From: Octopus vulgaris
Lineage: Eukaryota
Direction: 5' to 3'
Assembly: GCA_951406725.2 (NCBI GenBank)
Contig: OX597817.1
Span: 17,236,001-17,300,000 of the forward strand
Length of the DNA: 64,000 bases
Shown here one piece after another: positions 13,737-28,231 of the stretch (its first letter is position 1; each line of letters opens with the position of its first letter). A program made the translations under genes and the position numbers. The notes under the pieces are model-generated. The model was not told the DNA's origin and did not search any database. It was given only the letters and a program-made list of their open reading frames with translations.

Positions 13737-13945
13737 ATGTCCCCCTAGCATCGTTTGACAACCGATTCTGGTGTGTTTGCGTCCCCGTCACTTAGCGGTT
13801 CGGCAAAAGAGACCGATAGAATAAGTACTGGGCTTACAAAGAATAAGTCCCGGGGTCGATTTGCTCGACTAAAGGCGGTGCTCCAGCATGGCCGCAGTCA
13901 AATGACTGAAACAAGTAAAAGAGTAAAAGAGAGTAAAGAGTAAAA
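13526..13945 (+). mobile_element. SINE family A
   Basis: Full-length match. Confidence 0.92.
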
Positions 13946-15183
13946 TAAACATTAAGACCAAACCAGTCATAATTTTAACATAAATTATATATTCTGAATT
14001 TGTAAAATTAAAGGCTTCATTATTTTTCTGAGTACTTCCCAACTCCCACACAAGTTATTATGCACCTGCAATATGCTTCTGGTAACTAAAAAGGTTGTTC
14101 ACTCCAGTATTAAAGGCCCACTGTTACTATCACTCAGTAATTACAGAAAGAGGTAGAGAAACAAGAAGTAGTGTTGGAATTAACGAGAGACAGAGAGGAG
14201 GAACCGGTGAGGCTGTGATGATGAACGCAATGACAATAACGGACATATAAGAATGGTAAATAACAGGAAAGGGTAAAGAGACCAGCAGGGGTGTGTATAT
14301 GTGTATGGTGGTGGGGGATAGTGGTAATACTCTAGAGGGATGGTTATGTCAGTGTTGACGGTAGTGGTGGTGGTGGTGACAACAATAGCACTAACAAGGT
14401 AGAGGGGTGGCATTGTCAAGTGATGATGATGGAACTGGTGGTAGTGGTGGTGGTGATAGTAGTACTAATAAAATAGAAGGGTAGTTTTGTGATAGTGCAA
14501 AGGGTAATACACTGGAGGTGTGGTTTTCCCATTTGATAATGATGATGATGATGATGATGGCAAAAGTAGTAACAAACTAGAAGGCTGGTTCCTGTTAATA
14601 TGATGATGATGATGATAAAGATGGTGATGGTGGAGGCAGTGGTAGTAAAACTATAGAGGGAGTGGTTACAACAACGATGAAGCTGATCGTGACAGTAACC
14701 ATGATCATTATAATGATGAGGAGATAAAATTTTGAAACACTTTTCAGAAATAGGATGGAGAAAAACCAGATGGGGAAGAAGAGATCGGTAGTAACAGTGT
14801 TAACAAAAGTTTATTATTGCTGATGGTGGTGGTGGTGGTAGCAGAAGCATGGTATTGGTATCTTAATGATCATGATGAGCTAAAATGTTGAATTACAGAA
14901 AAGGGGAGAATGTAGGGGAAAATAGAAAGAAACACCCTTTGCTTTTTAACCAGATTGATTTTCCATGACAAGAACATACAACCAGCAATCCTTCCAAGCC
15001 CTAGATTGGGATGCTGTTCAGTTATGTATAATCACTTAGTCAACCATTCAGTTAGTTCAGTACTGACTTCATTAAGAGGGAATATAATAAACTATAAAGG
15101 GAGTGGGGTAAGAGTTTAGGATGTGGAAGAGAGGAGAAGATAATCAACAAATTAAGTAGCTCCTTATATTAACTCTTTAGTAG

Positions 15184-15217
<34 letters not shown>

Positions 15218-15262
15218 GGAGGCTGAGGAAAAACAAGACTGAGAACAAGGTGTGTATATATA

Positions 15263-15441
15263 TTAGTTAGTTAGTTAGTTAGTTAATTTTTGGCTCAAAA
15301 AGCAAAAAACAAGGCCATGTAGGGGGACATGGAGTTATGTACAGGGTGGTGTTCATGTAAAGAGTTCAGGCCACTTGTGGTCAAGGGAGACTTTGAACCG
15401 AGCGGTCGTCGGCATCTTCACCATCTCGTCTTCACGGATCC
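15263..15441 (-). mobile_element. 5'-truncated CR1-group LINE 3' end with (TAAC)n tail
   Basis: Minus strand encodes DEMVKMPTTARFKVSLDHKWPELFT* (FK..LD..W terminus), then a short UTR and TAAC repeats; CpG-rich, so probably young. Confidence 0.7.
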
Positions 15442-15834
15442 ACATGTATGTATACACACACACATATAAGAACACATCCAAATATATGTACCATCATCAT
15501 CGTTTTGATGTCCACTTTCCCAAGCTTCTATGGGTTGGACGGAATTTATTGAAAAAGATTTTCAATGCCCCAATGTCCATTCTGTCACCAATCCATATCT
15601 GCTTCCAAGCAAGATAAAATTTCCCTATGGTCCCCCGTATGTTTTTGCAAGATATTTGAAATGAACGACACTGCTTGTATGACAGTGACATTCATTTACA
15701 ACTATCACATATCAAGACAAGGAGACAAACACATACACAGGGTATCTGAGATAAATTTGATGATATTCTATGTTTCCATTTTTCAGGAAGAGCTTAATGT
15801 ATTGGTGAAGAGTCAACAACATTAGAGAGCATAA

Positions 15835-16066
15835 GGCGGCGAGCTGGCAGAACCATTAGCGTGCCGGGCAAAATGCGTAGCCGTATTTCGTCTGCCATTA
15901 CGTTCTGAGTTCAAATTCCGCCGAGGTCGACTTTGCCTTTCATCCTTTCGGGGTCGATAAAATAAGTACCAGTTACGCACTGGGGTCGATGTAATCGACT
16001 TAATCCGTTTGTCTGTCCTTGTTTGTCCTCTCTATGTTTAGCCCCTTGTGGGTAATAAAGAAACAG
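15835..16066 (+). mobile_element. SINE family C (probable Meta-domain SINE)
   Basis: GGCGGCGAGCTGGCAGAA head, GAGTTCAAATTCC B box, gcctttcatcctttcggggtcgataaaataagtaccag central domain; ~17 bp TSD acattagagagYataag. Confidence 0.88.
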
Positions 16067-16270
16067 ACATTAGAGAGTATAAGCAAAGTTGTAGTCGGGA
16101 AAAAGTTAGCTGACATGGCAGACTGGAAGCCATCTGAATATTGGGAAAGAGTTATCTATATCATGATGGAGTGAATCTGTAAAGGCTGTAAAATGTGTTT
16201 TAACACTGTTGTCATAATCAAGAGCAAATTGCAGAAGGTCGTCGACTTGTTTACATAAAAAGTCTTCCAG

Positions 16271-16632
16271 GACTGTGGCCATGCTGGAGCACTGCCTTTA
16301 GTCGAGCAAATCGACCCCAGGACTTATTCTTTGTAAGCCTAGTACTTATTCTATGGGTCACTTTTGTTAAACCGCTAAGTCACGGGGACGTAAACACACC
16401 AGCATCGGTTGTCAAGCAATGTTGGGGGGACAAACACAGACGCACAAACACACATATATACATATATACGACGGGCTTCTTTCAGTTTCCGTCTACTAAA
16501 TCCACTCACAAGGCTTTGGTCAGCCTGAGGCTATAGTAGAAGACACTTGCCCACGGTGCCATACAGTGAGACTGAACCTGGAACCATGTGGCTGGTAAGC
16601 AAGCTACTTACCACACAGCCACTCCAGCGCCT
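16271..16632 (-). mobile_element. SINE family A, tail truncated
   Basis: Match lacking the last ~25 nt. Confidence 0.9.
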
Positions 16633-16904
16633 ATGTAGATTAACTTTCAGAGATTAATTCTTCATTCTTCGATAGCTGCTAACATCTTTCATTAGGTTTC
16701 GTTTGCTTTCTCCAACAAAAAAGAAGCATTATTTTGGGGTAGAAGGGAGAGAAACTTCATTTTTTTTTTTTGAAGAGGAAGACACATCATTAAGTACATC
16801 GCCCCACATCATTAAGTGCATCACCCCACAACTTAGTTATGCAATTTCATGTCAGTGGCCCATTTAAGTTACATCTAACTCAGTATATTTTTTAATTATT
16901 CATA

Positions 16905-17970
16905 TTGTACATTCCAGCCAGTCACTGGACTTCAGCAATGCTCAGGAGCAACCATAAAAGTTTCAGCCAAACAAATACACCCAGAACTTTTTGTCAAACT
17001 GCTAAGTTACAGGGACATAAACAAACCTAAATGAGTTGTCAGTTTAGCAGGTGGGGATCCAAAAACGAAGATGTACACACACACAAAATAAGCTTTTACA
17101 TAGTCTCCATCTATCAAATTCATTTACATTGCATTGGTTAGCCTAGAGCTATAGTACAAGACAGTTGCTCAAGGTGCTAAATAGGGGAACTGAATCGTGA
17201 AGCAACATGGCTGTGAAAGGAATTTCTTGACTACTCAGTCAAGCCTGTGTCCATACTCTTATTACCTCTGCCTAAGCAAAGGCGGAGGTATTGTTTTCAG
17301 TTGTGTTTGTTTGTTTGCTTGTCCATGGACAAGATATCTCAAGAACTGCTGGATGGATTTGGATGAAATTTTCAAGGATGTTTGGCCTCACGATTGGCAT
17401 GGACTGATTAGATTTTGGGATTGATCCAGTACCAGAGAGGGATTCTGGATTATTTTTCTGTTTTTTTTCACTTAATTTTTGAGAGCAGTCAGGTTCATTT
17501 TTAGTATTCTCGTTTGTGAGAGCTGTCGAGTCTATTTCAGATATTCTCATTTTAAAAATCCTCTCTGGCTAATCGTTGAGAGAATGTTAGTGTTGCTTTG
17601 GCGAAGGTTTACCCTCTCTGAGTGCTCTTACTTTTTACTTTGTTCAGTCACTTTTCACTGCGGCCATGCTAGGGCACTGCTTTGAAGTGTTTTAATCAAA
17701 CAAATCAACCCCAGGACTTATTTCTTTAAAGCCGGGAACTTATTCTATTGGCCTCTTTTGCCAAACCACAAAGTTACAGGGATGTTAACACACCAACACT
17801 GGCTGTCAAGCAGTGGTAGGGAACAAGCACAAACACAAAGACACGCACACATAAATATATACATATAGACACGGCGGGCTTCTTTTAGTTTTCATATAGT
17901 AGAATGGGACTGAACCTGAGACCATGTGGTTGGGAAGCAAGCTTCTTACCATACAGCCACACCTACACCT
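16905..17970 (-). mobile_element. Two older diverged family A-related SINEs (16905-17250, 17631-17970) flanking the HINE-like element
   Basis: Degenerate but collinear matches. Confidence 0.7.
17259..17629 (+). mobile_element. Helentron/HINE-like element
   Basis: 5' ttACCTCTGCC..GGCGGAGGT hairpin, (GTTT)n tract, 3' GGCGAAGGT subterminal inverted repeat followed by a short hairpin. Confidence 0.65.
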
Positions 17971-19685
17971 ATACTAGGCAAAAAATATTTCATAACTTTT
18001 TCTATAGCTTAAGGATAATATTTAGGTATATTTGATTTTTTAATATACCCTCATTGAGAAAAAAAGACTAGAAAATAAGAAAAAGGAACAGCAGCAGCAG
18101 CAGGAGGAGGAGGATGATGAGGTGAAGGCAGAGGTAGCAAGAAAATTTTGAATGTTTTACAAAGTCAACCAGAACTGCAGTACTGGATTCCGATGTGAGG
18201 AGAAGGATGAAATGAAAAGGAGGAATGAAAGGCTAAGAGAGAGAAACAGAATGACAAAGAACAAAGAAGAGAGAAACCAGAGAGAAAGGAGAACGGATAT
18301 TGAAAAAAAAGGGGAAAGAAAAGAGTTGGGGATGGAATACAAATAGGAAGAAATTGAGGTAAAAGTGGAGAGAGAGAGAGAGAGAGAGGGGGTGAATACA
18401 CTAAGCCCAAACCTCAATCTGAAATTGCTGAAGATTATTTAAGGATTAAAGTATTAAAAGAAATGATCCAACCTTGAAGTAATGTCTGTTAGTAGAAGGA
18501 AGTAAAGCATTGGAATGGAATCAGTAATAGAAATAGGCTTTAAGAGGGGAAAAGAAAAAAAGGAAAAATGCTACATAGAGAATTACTTCTCAAATGTAGG
18601 TTTCACAGCAGCTAGACAAAATCAGATTCTACAGTCTGTGTGTTCTGATAAAATACATCTGGCTCAGTCAACTTAGCAGTGGGTTTCTATTTTCATTAGG
18701 GATTGTTTTAGCACTTAGAACCTACCCAGAGTAAATGTGTATTTTATGCAAGAGGAAACAAGAACAGAGTAAGGCACAAGCTAAATATTGTCATGTTGAT
18801 CAATAAACATGAAGAAAGATTGTTGTGCTAACAGTAAGCTTCTGTTTAATAATAATGATCTCTAACGTAGGCAACACAATGCCAGAAATTTTTCTGAAGA
18901 GGTGAATGGGAAAGGCAATTTGATTAAATCCTCCCCAGTATTTTCACTGATATTTTATTGACCCCCAGAACAGTGAAAGATAAAAATGACCTCAGATTTG
19001 AACTCAGAAAATAGGTCACCTCGAGTCCACAAAGAAACTTTATGGATCCAAGACCACATTGCCCTTTCCCAGCTATCAGTTTCCAGCCAACGAGCACACA
19101 TGCTGATTGTGGGTTCATTCACTCAAGCCATGCCTACTACTCTCACTCATCTTTTAACATATTTACTACAATACCCCTCCTCTGCAAATCAAATGTTAAA
19201 AAGTGATAAAGGTTTAAACGAAGAGAAAAATCTCTCTCCTTATATTTTTCAGTCATGTCCTCTATGTAACTAATGTGAGCAGACAGAAGAAAACTGTCAA
19301 TCCTTCTTAACCAAAAGAGGGCCGCAGAAGAAATCTCCACAAAGAATTCATCAGATAGTTGAATGATCTCTTACACTGACTCTAATTCACAAATTTTGAG
19401 GCAAAGCACAGTCATTTTATATCAATCCCAATTTACTTGACTGGTACATGTTTTATCAGCACAGGAGAAAAGATGAAAGAACTCAGAATGTCAAGTGAGG
19501 TAACTAAATACTGATACAGATCTATCAATTTTAACACTCAACCATCCTTATAATAATATTTTCTAACACAGGTATTGAACTGCTGCTTTATCAGCTGCAG
19601 AAAGATGAAAGCAAAATCAATCTTGGTGGTATTATAATTTAGAAAATGTAAGGGAATATAACTAAATACAACACTTTTCTCCATT

Positions 19686-19900
19686 ACTCTCTTTACTCTT
19701 TTACATGTTTCAGTCATTTGACTGCGGCCATGCTGGAGCACCACCTTTAGTCAAGCAAATCGACCCCGAGACTTATTCTTTGTAAGCCCAGTACTTATTC
19801 TATAGGTCTCTTTTGCCGAACTGCTAAGTGATGGGGACATAAACACACCAGCATCGGTTGTCAAGCAATGCTAGGGGGACAAACACAGACACACAAACAT

Positions 19901-19951
<51 letters not shown>

Positions 19952-19998
19952 TCCGACAGGCTTCTTTCAGTTTCCGTCTACCAAATCCACTCACAAGG
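19686..19998 (-). mobile_element. SINE family A, head missing (interrupted by a duplication)
   Basis: Ends abruptly at ccactcacaagg. Confidence 0.9.
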
Positions 19999-20243
19999 AC
20001 ACATTAAATAATGTAGCCTTTGATGTTCCTGTTGAAAAACACTGTACAGTCACAACTGGAATAACTTCGATCATAGGTCTACTCAATCAGATTTGAATTT
20101 AACAACCCAATCTATTTGCTTCATCAAATTTTTTTACCTTAAAATGTTTCAACTGAACCATCGTCTGCTCTGAGAAAATAGAAAGGTCATCTACTGCCTA
20201 GCTTTTAGTTATACTTAATATACAAACTTGAAAAATTATCTTT

Positions 20244-20453
20244 CTCTTTTACTCTTTTACTTGTTTCAGTCATTTGACTGCGACCATGCTGGAGCACCGC
20301 CTTTAATCGAGCAACTCGACCCCAGGACTTATTCTTTGTAAGCCCAGTACTTATTCTATCAGTCTCTTTTTGCCGAACCGCTAAGTGACGGGGACATAAA
20401 CACACCAGCATTGGTTGTCAAGCAATGCTAGGGGGACAAACACAGACACACAA

Positions 20454-20488
<35 letters not shown>

Positions 20489-20659
20489 CATATACACAAC
20501 AGGCTTCTTTCAGTTTCCGTCTACCAGATCCACTCACAAGGCATTGGTCGGCCCGGGGCTATAGCAGAAGACACTTGCCCAAGATGCCACGCAGTGGGAC
20601 TGAACCCGGAACCATGTGGTTGGTTAGCAAGCTACTTACCACACAGCCACTCCTGCGCC
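20244..20659 (-). mobile_element. SINE family A
   Basis: Full-length match. Confidence 0.92.
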
Positions 20660-22908
20660 ACTACCTCAGTTTTATTTCTAATCTATCCACAAAAATACAT
20701 GAAGGTGGAGCACTTAACATGATTGATCCCAGTACTTGACTAGTGTTTACTTAATTGATACTAGAAGAAAAGAAAAAGACTACCCTGGTGAAGAACATAA
20801 GCTTGTACTAACTTATCTTGCACTCTACTATTTCTACCAACCACTGCCCTCTATAACAATGATTTCTAAATTAGGAACAAGGCCACAAATTGGTGGTACT
20901 TATTTTACTTATTCCAAGGTAATGAAAGAAAAGTTCACTTCAAAAGAATTTAAACTCAGTACAAAGGGGAAGTAAATAACTGTTGCAAGCCATTTGGTCT
21001 AATGTTATGCCAATTATCCAATTATACCACTCAACTGACTTATAAGTGTGTATGTGTGTATAAAATGATGCTTTTCCAGGTATTTCTAGATATGTAACCA
21101 AAACTCTAAACTATCTTTTGGATCAGTCAAATACAGTAAAATCTCAGAATTTCCAATTATAATAAATCTTTTAAAAACATAGCTTTTATTGTTCATTTCA
21201 AGTACAACCATTGCTCAAAACCCACAGTTTCACTTTCTACAACTTTCATCCACAGTGGTGACCTCTTCCACAAATTCTTATCTCCATTTTTAAACTTAGA
21301 TCCTTTCTTATTTCCACCTACCAGTCTAATTTACATTGATTATCACAGTTTTGACAATTAGAACACTAAAATAATTAAGAAAATATTGTTTACAATGTAA
21401 CAAAAAAATATTTCTCTAATTTATAACTTTTAATGTTTTTAATAAATATTTTAAAGCTATTTCACTAATATTTATTTCATTTTCGTTAAATATTGCACCA
21501 TTTCATATGTTTGGATGTCTCTTTAACAGATTGGACAATATGTCTTATAAACACACACACAAAGGAAAAAGATGAAGTTATACATACACATATCATCACC
21601 ATTCAACATCTGCTTCTTATGCTGGCATGGGTTGGCCAGTTCAATAAGGGCTAGCAAACCAGATGATTATGCCAAGTTCCAATGTCTGCTTTGGCATGGT
21701 TCCTATGGCTGGATGCCCTTCCTAATTCCAACCAATTTACAGAATGATGGTTCTCTGGACAGTTTCTTCTAGATTTTATAATGATGATTTCTAACTTAAA
21801 AGACCAGAAATATTGCATAGGAACAGATTGACCTCAATACTTGACTCCTACTTTATTTTATTAATGCTGAAAGGACGAAAGCAAAATCAACTGAAGTGAG
21901 ATTTGAACTTAGAACACAAATGAACAGAACTAAATACCACCACCACCTTTGAGAACCCATTAACCTAAAACCTATTTCAATCGCTTGCTGGGTGACCTAC
22001 ATGATAGATTTTTTTACAGCAGTGAAAATGCTGCAATAGTCATCAGTTATAATATGTATGCTGCTGTAATAATAATTACAAGAGCAAAAAAAAAAAAAAA
22101 AAAGGCAAAGGAGGAGAAAACTAAAGAGAAGATGAAGAAGTAGTAGAAATCATTATAATCCATAACATCTTCAGCCATTCTAAACAAGTTAAAAGCATGC
22201 TTCTGGCTAAAAGACACCAAACTTTCTCATTCACATTATTTATCCAACTATTAATCTGGTTTACTCAACAAGATATAATTACATAAAGAGGGAGCTTTCT
22301 ACAGTCGCTTGGGTGAGGTAACAAAAGACTCCACACTGTTGTTTAGCCTTCAAAAAATAAAAATAACAGCCAAATCTCAAATCACATACAATGGTCTTAA
22401 AAGTACTACTTTGGACAATATTACCACAAATATACAAAAAAAAAAGTAGGTTGGTCACAGTCAGGATTAACATGTGACCAAAAAAAGTCAGTTGGTCAGA
22501 GTCAGGATTAACATAGGATAAACATTAACAACCTTAGTAATATAAATGTCCTACCACTTGAGTATAATCTCTTTACATATAAGCCATGACAGAATGCTGA
22601 ATCTACTAAAAAGAGCAGCCAAATCTCCCTCAAATCACAAATTTTAGTATAAGAAAAGGACACGTTAAATAATGTAGCCTTTGATGTTCCTGTTGAAAAA
22701 CACTGTATAGTCACAACTGAAATAACTTCGGTCATAGGTCTGCTCAATCAGATTTGAATTTAACAACAACCCAATCTATTTGCCTTCATCAAATTTTTTT
22801 ACTTTAAAATGTTTCAACTGAACCATCCTCTGCTCTGAGAAAATAGAAAGGTCATCTACTACCTAGCTTTTAGTTATACTTAATATACAAACTTGAAAAA
22901 TTATTTTT

Positions 22909-23313
22909 CTCTTTTACTTGTTTCAGTCATTTGACTGCGGCCATGCTGGAGCACCGCCTTTAATCGAGCAACTCGACCCCGGGACTTATTCTTTGTAAGC
23001 CCAGTACTTATTCTATCGGTCTCTTTTTGCCGAACCGCTAAGTGACGGGGACATAAACACACCAGCATCGGTTGTCAAGCAATGCTAGGGGGACAAACAC
23101 AGACACACAAACGTACACACACATACATATATATATATATACATATATCCGACAGGCTTCTTTCAGTTTCCGTCTACCAAATCCACTCACAAGGCATTGG
23201 TCGGCCCGAGGCTATAGCAGAAGACACTTGCCCAAGATGCCACGCAGTGGGATTGAACCCGGAACCATGTGGTTGGTTAGCAAGCTACTTACCACACAGC
23301 CACTCCTGCGCCT
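22909..23313 (-). mobile_element. SINE family A
   Basis: Full-length match. Confidence 0.92.
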
Positions 23314-25549
23314 ATTCTTTTTTTTTTATTTTTTAATCTTTTTTTTTTTACAAAATTATAATAGAAACATAACATAAGAAATAGAACGATCTCAAATATA
23401 CTTAACAGCAATTGTATCTATAGATGTAAGTCAGTGAAGGCACATGGCATAGTAATAGTGATTATGGTATTTGGCTCATAACCACAAGGTTGCGATTTCA
23501 ATTTTTGATGGTACATTGTGTCCTTGAGCAAGACAATTTCATGTTCCGGTTCACTCAGCCGGTAAATACAAGTTGTACTTGTAATTCAAAGGGCCAATCT
23601 TGTCATATTCTATGTCTCACCGAACCTCTCTGAGAATTACATTAAGGCCACACATGTTTGTGGAGTGCTCAGCCACTTGCACATTAATTTCATGATCAGG
23701 AATGCTCCCCATCATAACTGATGGAGAACAAGTTAGATACAAGCCAGTAAGTAAGCACCACTGCATTCAACATTCACCAATGAGCTAATGATGGAGACTC
23801 CACAAGGTCACTTGACTTTCTAATTTCTTAAATAAAAGGCTGATGCACTAGACAACATAGCCCTTCATCTACAATTTTCACACACAATACACACCCTATA
23901 CAACAAACACCTAATAACCTAAAACACAACTCATACAAAAAAATACAGGATAACACAACTAACATTGCACATACCACACACAACAAAACACACTAATGAA
24001 ACAAGAAACTGAACCCCATAACAAAAATTGGTGCAGTATACCAACAGGAAGAATCTGTACTCCCCACGACCCTCAGAAAAATAATGCCATACAGATCTCA
24101 GGAACATGGAGGTGCACCAAGTGGTGCAGCAGAAACATGCATGAAACACCAAAGAAAGACTTCTCATAATAATAATAATGTCTACAATAAATGCAAGATC
24201 ACACATTTTTATGGAGAATACAGTTGACTTTTTACTTTTTTAATGATGCAAAAAAAGGATAAAAATTTGACTACAGCAGTATTTGAACTCAGAAATAATA
24301 AACTGTCTCATTCAATTGGTATTGGTTGTTTTGAATTTTTCTTCCAAATATTTTTACAATAATATTGATTTTATGTTCCATCTGATTTCAACTACATACA
24401 TTTATTTGCAAACTGTTAAAAATCGGGCATGTTGGTTACCAAAGCTGTTATTATCCTGGTAGACTGAGGCAAATAGTGTTCAAGCAACACACATGAAAGG
24501 GTGGGGTGGAATAAACTAACTGATCGTTCATTTATAAATGTTCTGTTCTTATGACATCAGCAATAGTAGTGAGAGGAATTTGAAATTTACTTTATAGATG
24601 GAAAAATTTGTTTAAATATACATGTTCCATCCAACAAAATAGCTAATCCTATTGATAGAATTTTTCCTGAATTTCAATAACTAAAGAGCTTGTCTCTATC
24701 TATTCTGTTTCTGTTAGAGGGCGGGTGGAATGGGAGTATACATATGAGGAGGAAAAGAGAAAGAAGAAAGTAAAAATGGAAAAAAAAAAGTGAAACAGAA
24801 ATGAGGGAAATACAAATGACAAAGTGAGGAAGTAATAAAAAAGAAAACATAATAAGGAAAAACAGAAAGGGAGATAGATAAAGAGAGCGTGTAAAGGGAA
24901 AGAGGGGAAAAAAAGATAGATGGGGTAAAATAGAAAGAATGAAAGAAGAGAAAAGAGGGGGGGAGGAGAGAAAATAAAAATAAAAGATAGAGAAGAGGAA
25001 AGACAAGAAGGAAAAATGCCAGAAAAATGAAAGGAAAAAAAGAGGAGAATGAGAGATCTCTTTTCAAGGTTAAATATTTTCACATAATTTATTAAAACTG
25101 CAGTTTATCTAGTTAATGAGAGTGGTAGGGGTAAGAGGAAACTGAAGTAAAGAAAGATATAGCTAAACTGTAGTTATATGATAACATAAATAGTATGCTT
25201 CTCAACTGAGGAGTTTAATGATTTTATTAGGAAGCTAGTACTACACTGTCTTATAAAATAATGAGCTCATTGTATACAATGCACAGGTGCACTACAACTA
25301 GCCAGAGAAGGTTAAAAGTGGGACAGAAAGCAAACATATAAGTCAAGAAAAACAACAATGAAGACTACAAGTACATGCACACTGTACACAATAAGTCACA
25401 AAAAAGATAGAAAAGAGAATGTCAAGGGAATCCTAAAGAGTAAGCAGTGCACAGGCACATCACAAGTAGTGTTAGCAAATTTTGAGAAGTGTAAGAAATT
25501 TGAAAGATGCCATGTCCCGACAGCTAAGATAGTTTATTCCATACTTCAA

Positions 25550-25726
25550 CAGGAGTGGCTGTGTGGTAAGTAGCTTGTTTACCAACCACATGGTTCCGGG
25601 TTCAGTCCCACTGCGTGGCACCTTGGGCAAGTGTCTTCTACTATAGCCTTGGGCCGACCAAAGCCTTTTGAGTGGATTTGGTAGACAGAAACTGAAAGAA
25701 GCCCGTCATATATATGTGTATATATA

Positions 25727-25775
<49 letters not shown>

Positions 25776-25996
25776 GTATGTGTATGTGTGTGTGTTTATG
25801 TCTGTGTTTGGCCCCCTAGCATTGCTTGACAATCGATGCTGGTATGTTTACGTCCCCGTCACTTAGCGGTTCGGCAAAAGAGACCGATAGAATAAGTACT
25901 GGGCTTACAAAAGAATAAGTCCCGGGGTCGAGTTGCTCGATTAAAGGTGATGCTCCAGCATGGCCGCAGTCAAATGACTGAAACAAGTAAAAGAGT
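25550..25996 (+). mobile_element. SINE family A
   Basis: Near full-length match. Confidence 0.92.
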
Positions 25997-26009
25997 AATT
26001 CTGAGGGTG

Positions 26010-26490
26010 AAAGAGTGTTTCTGAAAGTCATGGGTGCTATGTTGTTTTTTTGATTTTATAAGCATGTCCATGGGTGATAGAGATACTGAAGTATAAAAAA
26101 AAAAGTGGCTTAAGTTGTTGGAAAGATGGTGGATAATGTTGTGGGCTTCTATCAAATCTGCTGCTTGAAGTTGAAACTTTGATGTATTGATTGATACCCA
26201 GAGAAGCAATATATTCAATATATTATGGTGACTGACAGAGGGGTATCATCTGTTTGCATGCCCACAAATGTGTAACCAGATTAATCTTCCAGCAGATCAA
26301 TATTCCGGACAAGATGAGGGTTTCTGACAAGCAATGCAAACTGTGTGAACATACCATAGCCACATATAGCTTTAAGTAGATAGCTGGTGGGGCAGTGGGT
26401 ATAGGCCTTGCTAAGTGATGTTAAGACATCTTCTTAGCTCTTTTAATGATTCTTGTTGAAAGGCACTGAACTTCCATCCTCTCCAACAGA
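26010..26490 (-). mobile_element. Old CR1-group LINE ORF2 C-terminal fragment
   Basis: Remnants YLKLYVAMV and NPHLVRNIDLLED resemble the CR1-type LY..LVR..LEY..VW.P....I..LE region. Confidence 0.6.
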
Positions 26491-26794
26491 GAGAGCAACC
26501 AATTAGTACAAGAGCAAAGGGGCATATATCTGGTCACTTGACCTGATAGAAATAACAGGCAAATCTTCAAATCACAGCCTACTATTTTAAAAACAAAAAT
26601 AAATTCAATAATGTAGTCCTAGATACACATCAACTAAAAAAAAAAAAAATTCTTTTTAAAGACAAAATCATCATGGCTAAATATTTTCACATAAATTATT
26701 AAAACAGCAGTTTATTTGGTTGATGAGAGAGAGAAAGAGCAGAAGAGAGACAAAGATAATAACTGGATAATGTAACTCAAAATACATTATCTGC

Positions 26795-26825
<31 letters not shown>

Positions 26826-27474
26826 ACAGGATGATCATAGCTAGAATACCTTTAATATTACATGCATTAAGCAAGCTCCCTTCCCACCCACATTGATCTA
26901 TAAACTTTCCGAGCTGGGCATCAGTCAGAGAGAGCCTGCAATGTCAGGAACTGCTTCTCTAAAAGTGATTAGCTTATTAAAAAAAAAAAAAAAAAAAAAA
27001 AAGATTAAGGAAAACTGCTACCACCACCACTTGAACTATTACTACTAAACTTAACTTGAAACTGATATGTAGTTTGAGGGAACATAGGACCAATATATCA
27101 AATTCCTTCACATGATATACAAATGATGAAGTCATTTAATCTCATTTTTCGTTATTCTGAACAAACTAATTAAAATTAGCATAGTGTTTAAACGATTAAC
27201 TTACACTCATTTAGAAATCTTCATTTAAATATTATTAGTGCAAAACAATTTGTGCTGCTCTTAGAGTCATTTTTTAACCATATATGCAGGCATAGCAGTG
27301 TGGTTAAGAAGTTTGCTTTGAACCACATGGTATCAGGTTCAATTCCACCACACAGCACCTTGTATAGGTATCTACTCATACAGCTCCAGACTGATGAATG
27401 CCTTAAGTGAGCTTGAAAGACAAAATCTGCAGGAAGTGTGTGTGTATGTGTGTGTGTGGGTGTGAGTGGGTGTG

Positions 27475-27514
<40 letters not shown>

Positions 27515-28231
27515 TTGATATTCTATGCTTGTCACTACTTGAGCAAAACAGTGATAGTATTGGCATTCCTTAATTATGACTGACCACTCAGCACATTTGA
27601 AGCTGAAGAGAATAAATAAAATTTGTACAAGAACAGGAAAAGGTTGCTAACAGGAAGAGCATCCAGTAGTAAAATACTGCCTCAGATAACTCCTCTATTA
27701 ACCCATGCTAGCATAGAAAATATATTAAAAAAAAAAGGGGGACATTAAACAGATGAACAATAGTTGTCTTTTGTTAAAATTTCTTGATACCTCAAATACT
27801 TCGCCATTATAGGAAAAAGACAACAAAATTGAAAGCTTTGATGAGCTCTAGTGATTATTTGCATTTGAACAACATTATTGATGCAAGCAATTATAATATC
27901 TGGTTGTTGCAGCAGAACTGTTGACATTTGAATAATTCATATATAATATATGCAAAAGAATTTTAATTTTTACATCAAACATACTCTTAAAATAATCTAA
28001 AAGTCTAATAAAACCTTATGTTCTTTTTTCTGCATATTGATGAATTAAGCATTACAAGATTAAAAGTATTATAACATTCTGAGGCTTATAGTTCTGCCTT
28101 AAATAACTACCAAAATTTATTTTGTAATATTTTCTTTACCAAATTTGTGCCTTGATAAAATTGAAAGGGGACGTAATAAAAATTACAATCTCTAAAAAAG
28201 ATAAAAGTCAGGTAAGGTGTTAATGCGAATT

